Shown here piece after piece: positions 56,969 to 64,000 of a DNA stretch of 64,000 bases; position 1 is the stretch's first letter; every line of letters begins with the position of its first letter. This stretch comes from Squalus acanthias. Taxonomy: Eukaryota. Location: the NCBI GenBank assembly GCA_030390025.1, contig CM059433.1:25298001-25362000 (forward strand). The letters are read 5' to 3'. Under the pieces are notes generated by a model. The model saw only the letters and a program-made list of their open reading frames with translations. It had not been told where the DNA came from and ran no database searches. The translations under genes and the position numbers were made by a program.

Positions 56969-58557
56969 GCACACACACACAAACATACTCCTACTGTCCT
57001 CCCTCCTTCCTGCAGGTCCTCTCTGCCTGGGTTTCATAGGCTGCAGTGTGGTCCTCCCGACCCCGCTGCTGGTCCATGTTGCGCCACTCCTGGGCCTCGA
57101 CCTCGACCTCGCCAATTCCAGTGAGTTACTGACAAGCCAACATGAGACTTGAAACACTGACTGTCAGCAAGGTGTCCACGTTTCCCCATGGCATTGGAAG
57201 AATTGAATAAACAGCAAGCAGAGTTTTCATCATTATAATCTGGGTTCATTGGCAGCACACAAACACTGCAGCCAGGGAGACCTGTGTGACAGGGGCCTCA
57301 TAGCACAGAGCTTCCACTGTGCTCTGCTATTGGGTGCTGTTAAAATTGATTGGATATATTTACAGTCACAGAACTGCTCATTGTTTTACCTATTTGTGCC
57401 TACCAATTTCCTACGGTTGGTATGGAAAAACTCCTTTTCAACACACGTTGCAGGAATGCAAACAACATGCATTCCAATATGTGGTTCTGATATTTTAGTG
57501 CATGTGACCTTCCAGTCCATAGAGTGTGAGTTTTCAAAGTGCTTCAGTGCTTTAAAGTGCCCTTTGTGACTTGTGAACTTCTTGTGTGCCCTGTGCTGAA
57601 ATACTCCCCTAGTTGATGGAATAGCAGTGGGGGTTGACAACTGGTCCAACTGGTGAGCTGCCTGAGAGCCGGATGGCTCACTATCTGCATCTGCAAACTG
57701 TATATCATCCAGTTCGAGTGTCCATATAGGGCAGAACATAACCTGGAAACATTAGATGGGAGATCTATATTTTTTTAAGTGCTACCAGATACCATTGGAA
57801 GCAAGGTGGTGGCACAGAAATGACATGACCATCAATCGACTGATCCTGTGCTTCTTCAGGTAAGCCACGACTGAAGGCCATTGTCGCACAAGGCCCAAAG
57901 ATCTGAAACCTGATGGTTGCCTTTAACTCCATGTGAGTTAAAGCCAGCCTTGACCGCTTCTTCGATATAGTACCACAAAAGTATCCGCACCAATAGTGCT
58001 AGCATTCATGAGATACCACTACTGTAGCTATGATAACCATTGTCACTGCAGGTGGTTTGGTTGCAAAATATGCTGGCGTACCACAAAGCAATAGAATGCA
58101 TTTTCTCCCCGTACAGGTTCCAAATCTCAACTGGGGCATATGGCAGAGTTGCCAAGTGGAGGTCCATCCTCAGAGATGTGAATAATAGACAAGTCAGTCC
58201 ACATAGTCATCCACAACTCTGAGCATTAGCTCAAGAAGTGTTTTGGTTGGGATATGGCTAGTGGCATTAGGGGAACTAAATAGGGGCAGAACATAACCTG
58301 TAAAAGAGGTCATGGGGTAGATTTTAGCTTTTACCACCTGTGTATTAAGCGTCACCTGGGTGGAGTGCAGAACGATAAATCTGTTAGGGAGGATCACAGG
58401 CTGATAACAGAATCTGCTGGATTTTCCTTCCATTTAAATGAATGGGAGGATAATTTGGCAGGTCGAGTTAGGAGCGCGCGAATCTCCTCTGTGTGCTCCA
58501 CACTGGCAATGATTAACACCTAGTTGGAAAAGATGAAAAGCCCCCAATGATTCGATA

Positions 58558-58690
58558 GCAAAATACTGCGGATGCTGGAAATCTGAAATAACAACAGAAA
58601 ACGCTGGAAAAACTCAGCAGGCCAGGCAGCATCCGTGGAGAGAGAAAGAGAGTTAACGTTTCAGGTCGATGACCTTTCATCAGAACTGTG
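58558..58690 (-). repeat. Penelope-like terminal repeat with a minimal hammerhead ribozyme motif (58652-58688)
   Basis: Minus strand AGTT-CTGATGA-A-AGGTC-ATC-GACCT-GAAA-CG-TT-AACT. Confidence 0.65.
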
Positions 58691-59544
58691 AAGAGCCGGA
58701 AATCAAATAGATTTAAGGCCAGAGTAAAGCTGGGAAAAGGGGGAGGGGATAAAAGAACAAAGGGGGAGATGAAGAGACATTAAGAGACATTAAGAGATAT
58801 GCAAGGCTAGAGGTGGTGTTAATGTGACAGATTAAGGCTGAAAGAAGTGTGAAATCCACTGGCAGAATGAAGGACAGCTGCCAGCTTCTAGGAGGAAAAA
58901 AAAGGTGGGGGGCGGCAAATAAAAGGGTGGAAAAAATAAAATATAAATGTGATTGGAGCTGTTTAATCAAATAGATTTAAGGCCAGGCTTTTGCTGATCT
59001 ACTGAAGTGCAGTTTTCTGTGTTGTTTGTCAGATATTTTGTGGACAAGTTTATAGCAAATTGACTGTAGTAGATGTGCAGAAGGTCTATGGCCAATATGT
59101 TTTGCATCTCTTATGTAGTGGAAAAAACTTTACAAAATGGTTTAAAATCAAGGAGCACCCAGTTCCTTAAGAATGTATTGATTCTCTAACATATAAGCAG
59201 ATTATATATGTCTGAGATAATGCAGGATATTAAAGACTTTTGCTAATATTACTCCACCACAAGCAGGAGTTGATTTACGCAGTTAAATGATGATGTCCCA
59301 ATCTGAAAGACTAACTAACTACCTGTGGCTCCCTTGCAATTAAGTCATTATTCATTGGTAATGCATTTCAAAACACTACGTAAAAGTGAAACTGCACACT
59401 TCTGTTGTCTTGCAGTTAAAAGATAATTACCTATGTAAATTCAATAAGCAAAGGCACGACAGCAAATAATAAAGAGAGATTTCACCAATTTAGTAAACAT
59501 TTTGGGTTTCCTGCAGTAAATGTTGTAATAAAACTGACGGGTCT

Positions 59545-59982
59545 GGTAGCATAGTGGTAATTACTAGACTAGTAATCCAGAGACCTGGACTAATGATCCG
59601 AAGATATGAGTCCAAATGCCACCACAGCAGCTGGGGAATTTAAATTCAGTTAATGAAATAAATCTGGAATTGAAAAGCAAGTATCAGTAACCATGAAACT
59701 ACTGGATTGTTGTAAAAACTCTTTAGGGAAGGAAATCTGTCATCCTTACCTGGCCTATATGTGACTCCAGACCCACAGCAATGTGGTTGACTCTTAACTG
59801 CCCTCTGAAATGGCCTAGCAAGTCACTCAGTTGTACACAATCGCTACAAAGAAGTATACTCACAATGGGAGTACCTTCAGCGCACGGACTGCAGTTCTTC
59901 ACCACCACCTTCTCAAGGGCAATTAGGGATGGGCAATAAATGCTGGCCAGCGACACCCACTTCCCATGAACGAATAAAAAAA
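59545..59982 (+). mobile_element. tRNA-derived SINE, same family as 49868-50262
   Basis: Shared head, body and CR1-type tail. Confidence 0.75.
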
Positions 59983-60449
59983 CATGGTTGATTTGGACTA
60001 TGAAGAATGAACTTTTGCACAGTGGTGTTTGTATTTGTGATTTATTCATGACGATAACTACAGATTATGTTGAAGTATTATGGTGAATTCCTTAATGGAC
60101 AGCTTGAAATACACATAAATTAATGCATTTAAACTATGTACGGTCCCAATAATCCATGGTAGACACATATAAAGCCCATAAAGATGAAGATTATGGATGC
60201 GCCTGCTCTACGTAACTTGATGAATGTGTACAGCGTTATAATAAAAGCAATAGTGCATTAACAAACTGGAGCAGGTAACACCAGTGAGGTGGCAATACAA
60301 AACGCCACACTCCAAATTTCTATTCTTGGGAACACAATGGAGGGGCTTTCGCATGTCATTGATGGTAAGAAAACTGCTTCTTTTAAGTTGGTTTGCTAAG
60401 AAGCATTTATGCATATGAACATAGGAATAGGAGTAGACCATTCATCCCC

Positions 60450-62915
60450 TCATAAGAACATAAGAAATAGGAGCTGGAGTAGGCCATTTGGCTCTTTGAG
60501 CCTGCTCTGCCATTCAATAAGATCATGGTTGATCTTCTACCTCATCTCCACTTTCCTGCACTATCCCCATATCCCTTGATTCCCTTAATATTCAAAACCT
60601 ATCGATCTCTGTCTTGAATATAGAGACATAGGGGTAGAAATTAGGTCGCGCCCCATTTGGGGCGCAAATATCGTCTGGACGCAAATATTAGCGCCTAGCG
60701 CTAATTATCGGCACTGACTGGAAACTTCACTTTTACCGCCCTGGGAGGTGAGTGGAGCGCTAAAGCAGGCGCTGCACACCTGTCTTAAGGCGCAAAGGCC
60801 AAGGAGTGAGGCGCTACCTCAGAGCGCTGGCGAAACTCATGTAATGTCAGTCAGCAATGGAACACACACACAATGGCACGGGCCAGTTCTTAAAGGGGAT
60901 GGTTAATCTTGCTTTCCATCCACATCCTGTTCATTGCAGCCTTGAATCTCGGCCTGGAGAGACTTGCACATCAAATGTGCTGGAAAGAACAATGGAGAGT
61001 ACCAGGCAAAGAGCTCAGAGTGCAGCTCCCACAGTCTCTGCTAAATCGATACAAGGAATGGCAAATCAAAATGAACCTGCAAAGTGCTGCTCAGTACCCA
61101 AAACGCCTTCACACAATGTTGAATCTCTCCAGAAGTCTCTCCCTCTCTCTCTCAGAATGCATAGTTCAAAAATGCCACCAACAATAAAAGACAGGAAGAG
61201 GCCCCCTTTAAGTAGCGCCCCCCCCAGCCCCACAGCGATTGATAGCGTTCAAGTCTTCTGGTCGTTGGATGCGCCAGGCGGTAAGGCAGGGGGCGCCACT
61301 CAATTTCTGCTCCGGGGCGCCACAAGGGCGTTGCACCATGGAATGACGTCACAATCTGCGCGCGCAGGTGGTCGCAGCGGTAAGTTTTAGTGCCGCCGCA
61401 CAATGTCAAGTTAAGTTCCCGAGCGGCGCAAACATCGCTGCGCCCGGGCGTTAGCGGCTTTGCGCCCCATTAGCGCCCTCTTAAGGCGCTAACGGGAGGC
61501 GCAACCAACTGAATTTTTACCCCTGAGTGTCTCCGCTTCCAGCACTTCCGTCGGCAGCGAATTCCAGGTCATCACCACTCGCTGCGTAAAAAGGTTTTTC
61601 TTCACAACCCCCCTCTATCTCTTGCCCAAAACCTTAAATCGGTGTCCCCTAGTCCTTGTACCATCAACTAGTGGGAACAGCCTTTCCCCGTCTAGCCTAT
61701 CCAAACCCATTATAATCTTGTACACCTTTATCTAATCACCCCTCAACCTCCTTTGCTCTAATGAAAACAAATCCAGCTTCTCCAACCTGTCCTTGTAGCT
61801 AAGATCCCCCATCCTCGGACCATTCTGGTAAATCTCCTCTGCACCCTCTCAAGGGCCTTCACATCCTTCTTAAAGTGTGGTGACCTGAACTGGATGCAAT
61901 ACTCCAGTTGTGGCCTAACCAGCGCTTTATAAAGGTTCAGCATAACTTCTCTACTTTTGTACTCAATAACTATATTTATGAAGCCCAAGATCCCATATGC
62001 TTTGTTAACCACTTTCTCAATATGTCCTGCCACCTTCAGGGACCTATGCACATTAACTCCCAGGTCCCTCTGTCCCTGCACACTCTTTAAAACCATGCCA
62101 TTAAGTGTATATTGCCTCTTCCTGTTCCTTCTGCCAAAATGCATCACCTCACATTTCTCAATATACTCAATGACTGAGCCTCCACAGCCCTCTGGGGTAG
62201 AGATTCCAAAGATTCACAACCCTCTGAGTGAAGAATTTTCTCCTCATCTCAGTCCTAAATGGCCGACCCCTTATTCTGAGACTGTGACCCCTGTTTCTAG
62301 ACTCCCCAGCCAAGGGAAACATCCTCCCTGCATCGACCCTGTCAAGCCCTGTAAGAGTTTTGTATGTTTCAATGAGATCACCTCTCATTCTTCTAAACTC
62401 TAGAGAATATAGGCCTAGTCTACTCAATATGTCCTCGTAGGACAATCCCCCCATCCCAGAAACCAATCTGGTGAACCTTTCTTGCACTCCCTCTATGGCA
62501 AGTATATCCTTCCTTAGGTAAACTGTACACAATACTCCAGGTGTGGTCTCACCAGGGCCCTATATAATTGCAGTAAGACATCTTTAATCTTATACTCAAA
62601 TCCTCTTATAATAAAGGCCAACATACCATTATATTCCATTTGCCATGTTCTTGCCCACTCACTTAGCCTGTCTATATCCCTTGAAGCCTCCTTGCATCCT
62701 CCTCACAACTTACATTCCCACCTAGCTTTGTAGCATCAGCAAATTTAGATATATTACATTTGGTCCCCTCATTCATATCATTGATGTAGATCGTGAATAG
62801 CTGAGGCCCAAGCACTGATCCTTGCAGTACCCCACTAGTTACAGCCTGCCAACCCGAAAATGACCCGCTTATTCCTACTCCCTGTTTTCTGTCCGTTAAC
62901 CAATCCTTAATCCAT
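60450..62915 (-). mobile_element. CR1 LINE interrupted by a MITE plus a second CR1 fragment
   Basis: 3' tail at 60450-60622 resumes at 62160 (AATATA at both junctions). RT motifs QGSVLGP and FADATK at ~62670-62900. Confidence 0.8.
60629..61524. mobile_element. GC-rich Harbinger-type non-autonomous element
   Basis: Termini GGGGTAGAAATT ... AATTTTTACCCC, with GGCGC-rich subterminal repeats. Confidence 0.6.
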
Positions 62916-62919
62916 GCTC

Positions 62920-63335
62920 CCTCAAGCCTGTTTGCCATTTAATTAGATCATGGCTGAAATGTATCTTAACTCCATCTACTCACCTTGGTTCCGTAACCCT
63001 TAATACCCTTGCCTAACAAAAATCTATTAATCTCAGTTTTGAAATTTTCAATTGACCTCCCCAACCTCAACAGCTTTTTGGGGGAGACAGTTCCAGATTT
63101 CCACTACCCTTGTGTGAAGGAGTGCTTCCTGACATCACCCTGAACGGTCTAGCTCTAATTGTAAGGTTATGACCCCTTGTTCTGGACTCTACCCTATCAA
63201 CTCCTTTAATCATCTTAAACACCTCAATTAGATTACCCCTTCTATACTCAAGGATATACATGCCTAGTCTATGCAGTCTGTCCTCATAATTTAACCCTTT
63301 TAGCCCAGGTGTCATTCTGGTGAATCTGCGCTGCC
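62920..63335 (-). mobile_element. CR1 3' fragment
   Basis: PGLKGLNYEDRL...NLIEVFKMIKG. Confidence 0.8.
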
Positions 63336-63364
63336 CCCGCCCCCCCCCCGTTCCGCTGTCTGGA

Positions 63365-63615
63365 CCACTCAGGAGGAGCCCTGCAGTACTCGCCTGAGTG
63401 AGTCTTCCTCTTCATAGTTGTGTGCTGCATGCTGCATAACCTGGCAATCCTCAGGACCCAGCCAATGCCACCAGGCCTTGGAGCACCACTGGAGGAGGAG
63501 GAGGAAGAGGAGGAGGATGATCATCAGCAGCACCAAGGCGGGAGGGAGGCCCACAATGTTGAAACTGCAAGGGCCGTCCGTCAATGGCTGATAGCAAGCC
63601 GCTTCTCGGCCCCTG
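63365..63615 (+). pseudogene. Harbinger transposase C-terminal fragment
   Basis: RCLDHSGGALQY...CCMLHNLA...acidic run...ARAVRQWLIASRF. Confidence 0.8.
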
Positions 63616-64000
63616 CTGAGGAAATGGCTTCTGCCATGGAGAACAACATGAATGAAACCAACCCGCAACCCCTAAGCCGGCCAAGGCAGAAATGAGTCCA
63701 AAGACCAAACATGTACATTTTGAATACAAAAACTTATTTATTTTACAAACGCTGTGTGTGTCATTTCTTCATGACAAACTAATAGAAACAAACACAAAAA
63801 ATCATTCATTAACATAACTGGTTCTCACAACCTGGAGATAGTGTCCAAAACACTAAACTAAAGTTTGAACGCGAACCTCGGCCTTTAATAAAAAATTGAC
63901 CAACATTTCGTCACACCTCCTACTTTTTGCCCTTCGAGGGTGATCTCCTTCCATTGTGCACTTCCCCCCTTCCCACCCTACTGCTCCTCCGTAATGGGGC

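Overview
Repeat-dominated vertebrate DNA with no recognisable host gene. The mix of CR1/L2/RTE LINEs, PIF/Harbinger elements, a DeuSINE-like SINE and Penelope-type termini suggests a cartilaginous fish (inference). The main feature is an apparently intact, young 12.9-kb endogenous retrovirus-like provirus on the minus strand (16488-29347). It has near-identical 1.7-kb LTRs and a gag whose ATG overlaps the PBS. Gag carries a PSAP late domain and a CCHC knuckle. Pol is in frame with gag behind a UGA-CUAG stop and a downstream stem, and has the order PR-RT-degenerate RNase H-second RNase H-IN. An ATG-less acidic/basic accessory ORF follows pol. The env looks spliced; its TM half resembles a Mononegavirales F-type class I fusogen, and its SU half appears to contain an Ig-like domain. 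This architecture fits the lokiretrovirus group (a sister lineage to retroviruses). A second, older and degraded element of the same type (3422-10977, +) has lost most of env. Two further LTR families are present: an inverted pair at 1-813 / 11778-13222 and a solo LTR at 29549-30239. The rest of the window is nested LINE, Harbinger and SINE debris. It also contains a minimal hammerhead motif, a ZNF143-type motif and a few unexplained exon-like segments.
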